64,000 nt of DNA from Escherichia phage vB-Eco-KMB23. The notes beneath the pieces were generated by a model. That model did not search any database and was not told the origin of the DNA. It saw only the letters and a program-made list of their open reading frames with translations. The stretch is from the sequence record OR525702.1. One strand, given 5' to 3'. Shown here in pieces: positions 9,506 through 19,256 of the stretch. Both the position numbers and the translations under genes were made by a program. Position 1 is the first letter of the stretch; every line of letters starts with the position of its first letter.

Positions 9506-9900
9506 ACTCTGTTACTGGAAGCCAGTTGTAGTTTTATCTGCTCAATATCATCAGGGTTATCGATGACTGAAAAGCGTATTTCTACTATCAGAGTATAATC
9601 ATCATAAACTGGTATTACATTAACTGCTAATTTATCAATACGTGGCTCGTAGTTTCTTACTGCGCTTTCAATGTTACGCTCAACGGTATCAGCAGTAAGA
9701 GGAGTCATATTCTCAAAAAGCTGATCAGATAAATCGCATCCAAATTCTGGGTCAAATGGCCTTGACCCTTTCCTAGTTGTAATAATTCCTAAAAGGCTAT
9801 TTTTAATTGACCTTAATCCAAGAGATCTGGAAACGTCTTTGTCCCAATCCATTTTCATTTCTGGGTCAATGTCAGAATAAAGCTTATTAATATTTGCCAT
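9502..9900 (-). CDS. 25: baseplate wedge protein gp25 (132 aa)
   Basis: 132 aa, T4 gp25 length and position. Confidence 0.93.
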   Translation of the reverse strand: MANINKLYSDIDPEMKMDWDKDVSRSLGLRSIKNSLLGIITTRKGSRPFDPEFGCDLSDQLFENMTPLTADTVERNIESAVRNYEPRIDKLAVNVIPVYDDYTLIVEIRFSVIDNPDDIEQIKLQLASSNRV

Positions 9901-10526
9901 TACAATAGCTCAAAGAATTCTTTGAGTCCTCTTATTACATGAGCGTGAGTTTTTCCACACTCTGGACACTTAATTGGAACAGCCAAATAAACAGTAGGCT
10001 TTAAAAGCATATCTTTTATAGCTACAATATCTGACTCTGTGATGATAGAATATAAATCTTCCAACTCTTTTTCATTTAAGTCTTCAATTGGAATGCTTTC
10101 ACCGTTAGCATGAATCGTTTCTATACATGATACTATCATGTGGGCTATATTTTTATCATCAAAAATTTTAGGATAATGGAACTTAATTTTAATGTCACCC
10201 AGTGTATACCAGAGGTCTTCTGGTGCATCTATTTGTGTATGTAATAGATTTATATGGGTTGGTATTTCAGTTCCACAGATGCACTTCCAGGAGTTTTCGT
10301 GATTAACTTCTCCAAGAGAATGTGCCCATAAATGAATCAGCAGTAGTTCTGATTCTTGACGGTTTAAATCTTTTGCATTTGTACAGTCTTTAATTAGTTT
10401 TTTAACGATCTCTTCTACTGAACCGTTCTTTTTAGCAGTAATAAGTTCTAGATATTCTTTAAGAGTAAATGCGCGACAGTTGATTATTTTAGAACCAACT
10501 CTCACATCAAATTTGTATTCATACAT
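9900..10526 (-). CDS. 26: baseplate hub protein gp26 (208 aa)
   Basis: 208 aa; T4 position, divergent from gene 51. Confidence 0.9.
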   Translation of the reverse strand: MYEYKFDVRVGSKIINCRAFTLKEYLELITAKKNGSVEEIVKKLIKDCTNAKDLNRQESELLLIHLWAHSLGEVNHENSWKCICGTEIPTHINLLHTQIDAPEDLWYTLGDIKIKFHYPKIFDDKNIAHMIVSCIETIHANGESIPIEDLNEKELEDLYSIITESDIVAIKDMLLKPTVYLAVPIKCPECGKTHAHVIRGLKEFFELL

Positions 10527-10547
10527 ATTTAGCTCCTTTATTTATCA

Positions 10548-10559
10548 TATTTATAAATA
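10548..10559. promoter_or_regulatory. divergent overlapping late promoters for gene 26 (-) and gene 51 (+)
   Basis: ATATTTATAAATAG contains TATAAATA on both strands between the divergent starts. Confidence 0.5.
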
Positions 10560-10576
10560 GAATAAAAGGAGCATCT

Positions 10577-11326
10577 ATGGCAAACATTATTCGTTGTAAA
10601 TTACCAGATGGTGTTCATCGTTTTAAACCATTTACGGTAGAAGATTATCGAGATTTTTTGTTAGTTCGAAACGATATAGAACATCGGTCACCACAAGAAC
10701 AAAAAGAAATAATTGCTGATTTAATTGCCGATTATTTTGGAGACTATCCGAAGACTTGGCAACCATTTATATTTTTGCAGGTATTTGTAGGGTCAATAGG
10801 TAAAACTAAAGTACCGGTCACATTTGTATGTCCAAAATGTAAAAAAGAAAAGACAGTTCCATTTGAAATATATCAAAAAGAATTAAAGGAACCTGTTTTT
10901 GATGTAGCTAATGTTAAAATTAAATTAAAGTTTCCTTCTGAGTTTTATGAAAATAAAGCAAAGATGATTACTGAAAATATTCATTCCGTTCAAGTAGATG
11001 AAATGTGGTATGACTGGAAGGAAATTAGCGAATCAAGTCAAATAGAACTTGTTGATGCCATCGAGATAGAAACATTAGAAAAAATTCTCGATGCAATGAA
11101 TCCTATTAATTTAACATTACATATGTCATGTTGTAATAAGTATGTAAAAAAATACACTGATATAGTAGATGTGTTTAAGCTATTAGTTAACCCAGATGAA
11201 ATATTTACTTTTTATCAAATTAATCACACACTCGTAAAAAGTAATTATAGCTTAAATTCAATAATGAAAATGATTCCTGCTGAGCGCGGATTCGTATTAA
11301 AACTGATTGAGAAGGATAAACAATAA
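10577..11326 (+). CDS. 51: baseplate hub assembly protein gp51 (249 aa)
   Basis: 249 aa, T4 gp51 length and position. Confidence 0.9.
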   Translation: MANIIRCKLPDGVHRFKPFTVEDYRDFLLVRNDIEHRSPQEQKEIIADLIADYFGDYPKTWQPFIFLQVFVGSIGKTKVPVTFVCPKCKKEKTVPFEIYQKELKEPVFDVANVKIKLKFPSEFYENKAKMITENIHSVQVDEMWYDWKEISESSQIELVDAIEIETLEKILDAMNPINLTLHMSCCNKYVKKYTDIVDVFKLLVNPDEIFTFYQINHTLVKSNYSLNSIMKMIPAERGFVLKLIEKDKQ

Positions 11327-12501
11327 TGAGTATGTTGCAACGCCCAGGATATCCAAATCTCAGCGTTAAATTATTTGATAGCTACGACGCTTGGAGTAAT
11401 AATAGATTTGTTGAATTAGCTGCTACTATTACCACATTAACTATGCGGGATTCTCTTTATGGCCGAAATGAAGGAATGCTGCAGTTTTATGATTCTAAAA
11501 ATATCCATACAAAAATGGATGGAAATGAAATAATTCAGATTTCTGTAGCTAATGCAAACGATATTAATAATGTTAAAACACGAATTTATGGATGTAAGCA
11601 TTTTTCAGTGTCAGTAGATTCAAAGGGTGATAACATCATTGCTATTGAATTGGGAACTATTCATTCTATAGAAAATCTTAAATTTGGCAGACCGTTTTTC
11701 TCTGATGCAGGTGAATCTATAAAGGAAATGCTTGGTGTCATTTATCAGGATCGCACGTTATTAACTCCAGCAATAAATGCTATAAATGCTTATGTTCCTG
11801 ATATTCCATGGACTAGCACATTTGAAAACTATTTGTCGTATGTTAGAGAAGTTGCTCTAGCTGTAGGAAGTGACAAATTTGTATTTGTGTGGCAAGACAT
11901 CATGGGAGTTAACATGATGGACTATGATATGATGATAAATCAAGAACCGTATCCAATGATTGTCGGTGAGCCATCTTTAATAGGTCAATTCATCCAAGAA
12001 TTAAAATATCCATTAGCATATGATTTCGTTTGGTTGACTAAATCGAATCCTCATAAACGCGACCCAATGAAAAACGCTACTATCTATGCTCATTCATTTT
12101 TAGATTCTTCATTGCCAATGATTACTACAGGAAAGGGAGAAAACTCTATTGTAGTGTCAAGGTCAGGTGCTTATTCTGAAATGACTTATAGGAATGGATA
12201 TGAAGAAGCTATTCGTCTTCAAACTATGGCACAATACGATGGCTATGCTAAATGTTCTACTGTCGGTAATTTTAACTTGACTCCTGGCGTTAAAATTATT
12301 TTTAATGATAGTAAAAACCAATTTAAAACAGAATTTTACGTTGATGAAGTTATCCACGAATTATCTAATAATAATTCAGTAACTCATCTATATATGTTCA
12401 CTAATGCAACGAAACTGGAAACAATAGACCCAGTTAAGGTTAAAAATGAATTTAAATCTGATACTACCACTGAAGAAAGTAGTTCTTCCAATAAGCAATA
12501 A
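11326..12501 (+). CDS. 27: baseplate hub protein gp27 (391 aa)
   Basis: 391 aa, T4 gp27 length; start overlaps the gene 51 stop. Confidence 0.93.
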   Translation: MSMLQRPGYPNLSVKLFDSYDAWSNNRFVELAATITTLTMRDSLYGRNEGMLQFYDSKNIHTKMDGNEIIQISVANANDINNVKTRIYGCKHFSVSVDSKGDNIIAIELGTIHSIENLKFGRPFFSDAGESIKEMLGVIYQDRTLLTPAINAINAYVPDIPWTSTFENYLSYVREVALAVGSDKFVFVWQDIMGVNMMDYDMMINQEPYPMIVGEPSLIGQFIQELKYPLAYDFVWLTKSNPHKRDPMKNATIYAHSFLDSSLPMITTGKGENSIVVSRSGAYSEMTYRNGYEEAIRLQTMAQYDGYAKCSTVGNFNLTPGVKIIFNDSKNQFKTEFYVDEVIHELSNNNSVTHLYMFTNATKLETIDPVKVKNEFKSDTTTEESSSSNKQ

Positions 12502-12979
12502 AGAAGTTTCTATTCCTAAAATGGGTCTTAAACATTATAACATTTTAAAAGATGTTAAAGGTCCTGATGAAAATTTAAAACTTCTTATTGATTCTATTTG
12601 CCCGAATTTATCACCGGCAGAAGTTGATTTCGTTTCCATTCATTTATTAGAATTTAATGGAAAGATTAAATCTCGTAAAGAAATAGATGGTTATACTTAT
12701 GACATTAATGATGTTTATGTATGCCAAAGATTAGAATTTCAATACCAAGGAAATACATTTTATTTTAGACCGCCTGGAAAATTTGAACAATTTTTAACTG
12801 TGAGCGATATGTTATCCAAATGCTTGCTTAAGGTCAATGATGAAGTTAAAGAAATTAATTTTCTTGAGATGCCAGCATTCGTTTTAAAATGGGCAAATGA
12901 TATTTTTACAACTTTAGCAATTCCTGGCCCTAATGGTCCAATAACCGGAATTGGCAATATTATTGGATTATTTGAATGA
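12446..12979 (+). CDS. 28: baseplate hub distal protein gp28 (177 aa)
   Basis: 177 aa; overlaps the gene 27 3' end as in T4. Confidence 0.88.
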   Translation: MNLNLILPLKKVVLPISNKEVSIPKMGLKHYNILKDVKGPDENLKLLIDSICPNLSPAEVDFVSIHLLEFNGKIKSRKEIDGYTYDINDVYVCQRLEFQYQGNTFYFRPPGKFEQFLTVSDMLSKCLLKVNDEVKEINFLEMPAFVLKWANDIFTTLAIPGPNGPITGIGNIIGLFE

Positions 12980-14748
12980 AAAAGCCACAAGAAATGCAAA
13001 CGATGCGTAGAAAAGTTATTTCAGATAATAAACCAACACAGGAAGCGGCTAAATCCGCTTCTAACACTTTATCTGGACTTAACGATATATCTACGAAATT
13101 GGATGATGCTCAAGCTGCTTCTGAATTAATTGCTCAAACTGTCGAAGAAAAATCGAATGAAATAATTGGAGCAATTGACAATGTAGAAAGCGCAGTGAGT
13201 GATACTACTGCTGGTTCTGAGTTAATTGCTGAAACTGTCGAAATTGGCAATAATATTAATAAAGAAATCGGTGAATCGCTCGGAAGTAAATTAGATAAAT
13301 TAACGAGTTTACTCGAGCAAAAAATTCAGACAGCTGGAATTCAACAAACAGGAACTAGTTTAGCTACGGTTGAAAGCGCTATTCCTGTTAAAGTTGTTGA
13401 GGACGATACAGCTGAATCTGTGGGTCCTTTATTACCGGCTCCTGAAGCAGTTAATAATGATCCTGATGCTGATTTTTTCCCTACCCCTCAGCCAGTTGAA
13501 CCTAAACAAGAATCGCCAGAAGAAAAACAGAAAAAAGACGCATTTAACTTAAAATTATCTCAAGCTTTAGATAAATTAACAAAGACTGTTGATTTCGGAT
13601 TTAAGAAATCTATTTCAATTACTGATAAAATATCAAGCATGCTATTTAAGTATACTGTCAGTGCTGCTATTGAAGCTGCTAAAATGACTGCAATGATATT
13701 GGCTGTTGTTGTTGGAATAGATCTGCTGATGGTTCACTTTAAATATTGGTCAGATAAATTTTCACAGGCATGGGATTTGTTTAGTACAGACTTTACTAAA
13801 TTCTCTAGCGAAACCGGAACATGGGGTCCTTTATTACAGAGCATCTTTGGTTCTATTGATGAAATTAAAAAATTCTGGGAAGAGGGAGATTGGGGCGGTT
13901 TGACGGTAGCTATTGTAGAAGGGCTTGGAAAGGTTCTTTATAATTTAGGAGAACTTATTCAGCTTGGAATGGCTAAATTATCTGCTGCAATTCTTCGAGT
14001 CATTCCTGGCATGAAGGATACCGCTGATGAAGTAGAAGGAAGAGCACTAGAAAATTTCCAAAATTCTACTGGAGCATCTCTCAATAAAGAAGACCAGGAA
14101 AAAGTTGCAAATTATCAAGATAAACGAATGAACGGAGACCTTGGTCCGATAGCAAAAGGATTAGATAAAATTGCTAATTGGAAAACTCGTGCATCTAACT
14201 GGATTCGTGGCGTTGATAATAAAGAAGCACTAACTACCGACGAAGAACGTGCAGAAGAAGAAGAAAAATTAAAGCAACTTTCACCAGAAGAAAGAAAAAA
14301 TGCTTTAATGAAGGCTAATGAAGCCCGTGCCGCGATGATTCGTTTTGAAAAATACGCTGATTCGGCTGATATGAGTAAAGACTCAACGGTTAAATCAGTT
14401 GAAGCTGCCTATGAAGACCTTAAAAAACGGATGGATGACCCGGATTTAAATAATTCACCGGCAGTTAAAAAAGAACTTGCTGCTAGATTTTCTAAAATTG
14501 ATGCTACTTATCAAGAGCTCAAGAAAAATCAGCCTAATGCCAAACCTGAAACTTCTGCTAAATCGCCAGAAGCAAAACAAGTCCAGGTAATAGAAAAGAA
14601 CAAAGCACAGCAAGCTCCTGTTCAACAAGCATCTCCTTCAATCAATAATACTAATAATGTTATTAAGAAAAATACTGTCGTTCATAATATGACACCCGTA
14701 ACGAGCACGACTGCTCCTGGTGTATTTGATGCGACCGGAGTTAATTAA
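12976..14748 (+). CDS. 29: tail length tape-measure / baseplate hub protein gp29 (590 aa)
   Basis: 590 aa, low-complexity coiled regions; T4 gp29 length and position. Confidence 0.93.
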   Translation: MKKPQEMQTMRRKVISDNKPTQEAAKSASNTLSGLNDISTKLDDAQAASELIAQTVEEKSNEIIGAIDNVESAVSDTTAGSELIAETVEIGNNINKEIGESLGSKLDKLTSLLEQKIQTAGIQQTGTSLATVESAIPVKVVEDDTAESVGPLLPAPEAVNNDPDADFFPTPQPVEPKQESPEEKQKKDAFNLKLSQALDKLTKTVDFGFKKSISITDKISSMLFKYTVSAAIEAAKMTAMILAVVVGIDLLMVHFKYWSDKFSQAWDLFSTDFTKFSSETGTWGPLLQSIFGSIDEIKKFWEEGDWGGLTVAIVEGLGKVLYNLGELIQLGMAKLSAAILRVIPGMKDTADEVEGRALENFQNSTGASLNKEDQEKVANYQDKRMNGDLGPIAKGLDKIANWKTRASNWIRGVDNKEALTTDEERAEEEEKLKQLSPEERKNALMKANEARAAMIRFEKYADSADMSKDSTVKSVEAAYEDLKKRMDDPDLNNSPAVKKELAARFSKIDATYQELKKNQPNAKPETSAKSPEAKQVQVIEKNKAQQAPVQQASPSINNTNNVIKKNTVVHNMTPVTSTTAPGVFDATGVN

Positions 14749-14756
14749 GGAATAAT

Positions 14757-15851
14757 ATGGCAATTGTTAAAGAAATAACTGCTGATTTAATTAAAAAGTC
14801 CGGTGAGAAAATTTCAGCCGGACAGAGTACTAAATCAGAAGTAGCAACTAAAACATACACTGCCCAGTTTCCAACTGGGCGTGCTAGTGGTAATGACACT
14901 ACAGGGGACTTCCAGGTAACAGATCTATATAAGAATGGATTATTATTTACTGCATACAATATGTCATCTAGGGATTCTGGAAGTCTTAGATCGATGAGAT
15001 CTAACTACTCTTCTTCATCTTCGAGTATTTTAAGTACAGCTAGAAACACTATTAGTAGTACAGTATCAAAACTATCAAATGGATTAATATCAAACAATAA
15101 TTCAGGAACAATAAGTAAAGCTCCTGTGGCAAATATTCTTTTACCGAGATCTAAATCTGACGTTGATACATCATCACATAGATTTAACGATGTCCAAGAA
15201 AGCCTTATCAGCAGAGGCGGAGGTACTGCTACTGGCGTGTTAAGTAATATTGCTTCAACTGCAGTATTTGGGGCACTGGAAAGTATAACGCAAGGTATAA
15301 TGGCTGATAATAATGAACAGATTTATACGACAGCTAGAAGTATGTATGGCGGTGCTGAGAATAGAACTAAAGTGTTTACATGGGATTTGACGCCACGTTC
15401 AACAGAAGATTTAATGGCTATTATTAATATCTATCAATATTTTAACTATTTTTCTTATGGTGAAACGGGTAAATCTCAATATGCTGCTGAAATAAAGGGG
15501 TATTTAGATGATTGGTATCGTTCTACGTTAATTGAACCTTTATCTCCGGAAGACGCAGCTAAAAATAAAACACTATTTGAGAAAATGACATCGAGTTTAA
15601 CTAACGTTCTAGTAGTTTCAAACCCGACAATTTGGATGGTGAAAAACTTTGGCGCAACATCTAAGTTTGATGGAAAAACGGAAATATTTGGCCCATGCCA
15701 AATACAGAGCATCAGATTTGATAAAACACCTAATGGTAACTTTAACGGATTAGCTATTGCTCCAAACCTCCCTAGTACATTTACTCTTGAGATTACTATG
15801 AGAGAAATTATCACGTTAAACCGTGCTTCTTTATATGCGGGGACTTTTTAA
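14757..15851 (+). CDS. 48: baseplate tail-tube junction protein gp48 (364 aa)
   Basis: 364 aa, T4 gp48 length and position. Confidence 0.93.
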   Translation: MAIVKEITADLIKKSGEKISAGQSTKSEVATKTYTAQFPTGRASGNDTTGDFQVTDLYKNGLLFTAYNMSSRDSGSLRSMRSNYSSSSSSILSTARNTISSTVSKLSNGLISNNNSGTISKAPVANILLPRSKSDVDTSSHRFNDVQESLISRGGGTATGVLSNIASTAVFGALESITQGIMADNNEQIYTTARSMYGGAENRTKVFTWDLTPRSTEDLMAIINIYQYFNYFSYGETGKSQYAAEIKGYLDDWYRSTLIEPLSPEDAAKNKTLFEKMTSSLTNVLVVSNPTIWMVKNFGATSKFDGKTEIFGPCQIQSIRFDKTPNGNFNGLAIAPNLPSTFTLEITMREIITLNRASLYAGTF

Positions 15852-16816
15852 TGTATTCTTTAGAGGAATTTAATAATCAAGCAATAAACGCAGATTTTCA
15901 ACGTAATAATATGTTTAGCTGCGTTTTTGCGACAACTCCATCAACTAAAAGCTCTTCGTTGATAAGTTCAATTAGTAACTTTTCTTATAATAACTTGGGT
16001 CTAAATTCAGATTGGTTAGGATTGACTCAAGGCGATATTAATCAGGGAATTACCACGCTAATTACTGCTGGCACACAAAAACTGATAAGAAAATCAGGGG
16101 TTAGTAAATATCTTATTGGTGCCATGAGTCAACGTACAGTTCAAAGTTTATTGGGCTCATTTACAGTTGGTACATATTTAATTGACTTCTTTAACATGGC
16201 ATATAACTCATCTGGATTGATGATATATTCTGTAAAAATGCCAGAGAATAGATTATCCTATGAAACTGACTGGAACTATAATTCTCCTAATATTCGTATA
16301 ACTGGGAGAGAATTAGACCCTTTGGTTATTTCATTTAGGATGGATTCAGAAGCTTGTAACTATCGTGCGATGCAAGACTGGGTTAACGCTGTTCAAGACC
16401 CAGTAACTGGATTGCGTGCTTTGCCACAAGATGTCGAGGCAGATATTCAGGTTAATCTTCATGCTCGTAATGGATTACCTCATACTGCGGTGATGTTCAC
16501 TGGATGCATTCCAATATCAGTGAGCGCTCCTGAGTTATCATATGATGGAGATAACCAAATAACTACATTTGATGTTACTTTTGCGTATAGAGTGATGCAG
16601 GCTGGAGCAGTTGATAGACAAGCTGCGCTTGAATGGCTTGAATCTGCTGCTATAAATGGTATTCAAAGCGTTCTCGGAAATAGTGGAGGTGTTACTGGAC
16701 TATCTAATTCGCTTTCACGACTCAGTAGATTAGGTGGAACTGCAGGAAGCATTTCAAACATTAATACTATGACAGGAATTGTCAATTCGCAAAGTAAAAT
16801 ATTAGGAGCAATATAA
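15851..16816 (+). CDS. 54: baseplate tail-tube initiator gp54 (321 aa)
   Basis: 321 aa; start overlaps the gene 48 stop; T4 synteny. Confidence 0.93.
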   Translation: MYSLEEFNNQAINADFQRNNMFSCVFATTPSTKSSSLISSISNFSYNNLGLNSDWLGLTQGDINQGITTLITAGTQKLIRKSGVSKYLIGAMSQRTVQSLLGSFTVGTYLIDFFNMAYNSSGLMIYSVKMPENRLSYETDWNYNSPNIRITGRELDPLVISFRMDSEACNYRAMQDWVNAVQDPVTGLRALPQDVEADIQVNLHARNGLPHTAVMFTGCIPISVSAPELSYDGDNQITTFDVTFAYRVMQAGAVDRQAALEWLESAAINGIQSVLGNSGGVTGLSNSLSRLSRLGGTAGSISNINTMTGIVNSQSKILGAI

Positions 16817-16820
16817 CAAC

Positions 16821-16850
16821 GGGGACCTTTCGGTCCCCATATTTTTATTT
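16821..16850 (+). terminator. intrinsic terminator after gene 54
   Basis: GGGGACC-TTTCG-GTCCCC hairpin followed by ATATTTTTATTT. Confidence 0.7.
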
Positions 16851-17135
16851 GCGGAATGAAATGAAAGCAGAAACTGAAGCAACTAAACTATCTTCAATAT
16901 AAACTTCAATTTTTACCGGAGCTTCTGACTCAAATTTACCTGTTACTACACCTTGGAAAATACTTTCAGTTTGTTCTGGCTTTGAAAAATTTTCAGAAGG
17001 AAAAATTCCGAACTTTTTATCTGTTCCAAAAATTTTAATAAATTCATCGTAAACTGCTTCATTAAAAGCATTATCAACAGGAATAACGCCTTCAACTACA
17101 AGTTCTTGACCTAAAAAGCGTAAAGAAGATTTCAT
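16845..17135 (-). CDS. hypothetical protein (alt.-3 position, 96 aa)
   Basis: ORF with ATG and GAGGA RBS, downstream of an early promoter cassette. Confidence 0.6.
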   Translation of the reverse strand: MKSSLRFLGQELVVEGVIPVDNAFNEAVYDEFIKIFGTDKKFGIFPSENFSKPEQTESIFQGVVTGKFESEAPVKIEVYIEDSLVASVSAFISFRK

Positions 17136-17159
17136 TTTGTGTTCCTCATGTTATGTCAG

Positions 17160-17196
17160 TAAGACTACTATAACACAACACGAGGGACTTGTAAAC
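17160..17196 (-). promoter_or_regulatory. T4-type early promoter (GTTTAC -35, TATAGT -10) for the alt.-3-like ORF
   Basis: - strand GTTTAC, 18-nt spacer, TG-n-TATAGT; part of a 54-bp cassette identical to 32464..32520. Confidence 0.55.
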
Positions 17197-19253
17197 TACA
17201 TTTTGAACTTTTTAGACATTCCGTTGATGTTAACCAAAGAAGCTAAGATTTGAGAAACTTCGTTTTCCTCTTCTTTTGATTCTTCTACAAGGAATTGATT
17301 AAATCCAGTCATTGGACGAACTTCACCAGTTTCCATTAAATGGTCGCCATCATATACTGATTCTTCTAATTGTTCAGAAGGAGGAACGATTGTGCCTTCG
17401 ATTAAATACTTGTTATAAGCAGTTTCTTTCATCATGTACGTGCTCACTTTATTAATCTTCAGCAAAATTCCACGCGGTAAAATAACTTCAGCTTCTGATG
17501 GAAATCCTGATAAATGACCTGGAACGATAACTTTGATTCGCTCAGCCCCTTTAATTACCATACCTACGCTAGTTTCAGCATCTTCATTAGCATATGCGGA
17601 ATGACTACCCATATGCATTAAATCTTCAGCATCAACTGAACCTTCTCCTTCACCAGAAAATACTGCACTGGAATCATCTAAAGCCATATAGTTTTTACCA
17701 TACTCACCGAAGATATTTGGTTTAAGCGATGTTGATACGAAGTTCTTGAAATAGAACATTTTATTTTCAATATTATGGCGTAAAGTTTTAAAAGTAACTT
17801 CTTGTCCACGATAAAGCGTAGTTCCTGGAGGAAGAACTGATCCTTTGGCGAATGCAGAATCCAGCGTCTCGATGTGTTTAATAGCTCGTTCCATGTATTC
17901 TTCACGAGTAGAATCTGGTTTACCCAAGAGGAACGAGTTCATTTCAACATATGAATCTGCACAATAATCTTCAATTACATCGGACTCAGCCTGAGTTAAT
18001 CCTTTTGGGGGTACTTCAGTACTTGCATATTCATACGCTTGAGAAGCAGACTCATTAATCAATTTATAAATGCCATTCATGACAAATTGAATAATAGCTA
18101 CCTTTTCATCTGGCGTGGCTTTAGAACCTTTAACTAAATCATTGACAATTTTCTTAATAACATCAAAGCTATTAGAAATATTAATGTCAGCAAGATCGCT
18201 CAAAATTTTATCGGTTTTATAATCAAAGAATTCTTTATTCTTTAAATATTCCTGAGAACCTTGATATGTTATATCGCTCTGTAATTTAATAGATGGATCA
18301 CGTAAACGCGCATGGGCCAATGCAATATGATTTCGGAAGCTTTCTAGTTCATAATCGTTAGATTTAAAACGAGAAGCACTCCTCATACCACCGATAGCTC
18401 CTTTGCTGAAGTTTGAACCAATCTGAATAACGCCAGAGTTCATTGGTCCTTCTGCTTTATATACCGGAACTTTAGATTCAAACTCTTGATATTTCTTAGC
18501 GGCGAAGCTATCACCCTGAAGTGAAGCATCAACAGTAGAATATTGAGCTTGTGCTGCTAATCGACGACTAATTTTAGTTTTCTGAATAACAGCTTGATCC
18601 GTGCGCTTATCATTTTCTAAAGCAATAGAAGCAGCAACAGCAACAGCTTTAGGAACAGCATTACCTGTTTTAACATCTACATAAACATCACCAACCTTTG
18701 ATTCAACTTTTGTGAATAACTCAGTTGAAATAGGAGGTACACCTGGAATGTCTTCTAAATTGGCATTTTTACGGTAAACCATAATATATGCATACTTTTT
18801 ATCATAATCCCAGATTTCCTTTAAAAGAACATATCGACCTGCTCCTTTAGTACGTACTAAACGGTCAGCAATAACTTGCATTTGACGAGCAGCGCCATTT
18901 GTTTTACTTTTTAGTACGCGGAATAGGCATGCGTCAATTTTATACTGTTTCATTGTTTGAAGAGCAGTATCAAAAACCGCATTAATGACACCAATTGGAT
19001 TTCCACCCAAGTTTTTAAGTTTAACTAATGATAGTTTCTCATTAACACCTATCATTACGATATGCATCATTTTATCGCCTGGCTTAACGTTTTTATTTGT
19101 ATCACCGCCAGAGGTGTATGTACAAAATCTAAATCCAGGAAGCACGCTTTCTTCACCAGCTTGAATAGCAAAAATTTGAGGTATTTTATGCTTAGGATTT
19201 AAGTTAACAACCGGCGCCGAAGCGCCGTCAAATAATTCTGTAATAAGTTCCAT
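17196..19253 (-). CDS. Alt-like ADP-ribosyltransferase paralogue (685 aa)
   Basis: N-terminal ~230 aa closely parallel the adjacent alt product (MELITELFD...); ART-like motifs LYRGQ, FVSTSL, SEAEVILPRG. Confidence 0.85.
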   Translation of the reverse strand: MELITELFDGASAPVVNLNPKHKIPQIFAIQAGEESVLPGFRFCTYTSGGDTNKNVKPGDKMMHIVMIGVNEKLSLVKLKNLGGNPIGVINAVFDTALQTMKQYKIDACLFRVLKSKTNGAARQMQVIADRLVRTKGAGRYVLLKEIWDYDKKYAYIMVYRKNANLEDIPGVPPISTELFTKVESKVGDVYVDVKTGNAVPKAVAVAASIALENDKRTDQAVIQKTKISRRLAAQAQYSTVDASLQGDSFAAKKYQEFESKVPVYKAEGPMNSGVIQIGSNFSKGAIGGMRSASRFKSNDYELESFRNHIALAHARLRDPSIKLQSDITYQGSQEYLKNKEFFDYKTDKILSDLADINISNSFDVIKKIVNDLVKGSKATPDEKVAIIQFVMNGIYKLINESASQAYEYASTEVPPKGLTQAESDVIEDYCADSYVEMNSFLLGKPDSTREEYMERAIKHIETLDSAFAKGSVLPPGTTLYRGQEVTFKTLRHNIENKMFYFKNFVSTSLKPNIFGEYGKNYMALDDSSAVFSGEGEGSVDAEDLMHMGSHSAYANEDAETSVGMVIKGAERIKVIVPGHLSGFPSEAEVILPRGILLKINKVSTYMMKETAYNKYLIEGTIVPPSEQLEESVYDGDHLMETGEVRPMTGFNQFLVEESKEEENEVSQILASLVNINGMSKKFKM

Positions 19254-19256
19254 GAT

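Noticed and set aside
12163-15814. Antisense or alternative-frame ORFs within baseplate genes 27, 28, 29, 48 (12163..12357, 12760..12999, 13370..13552, 14741..14959, 15476..15814)
   Set aside because: Embedded in highly confident structural genes; no start signals.
17141-17150. Upstream mini-ORF (ATG-AGG-...) inside the repeated promoter leader
   Set aside because: The ATGAGGA in the shared leader is more simply the Shine-Dalgarno (GAGGA) for the downstream gene; no RBS precedes this ATG.
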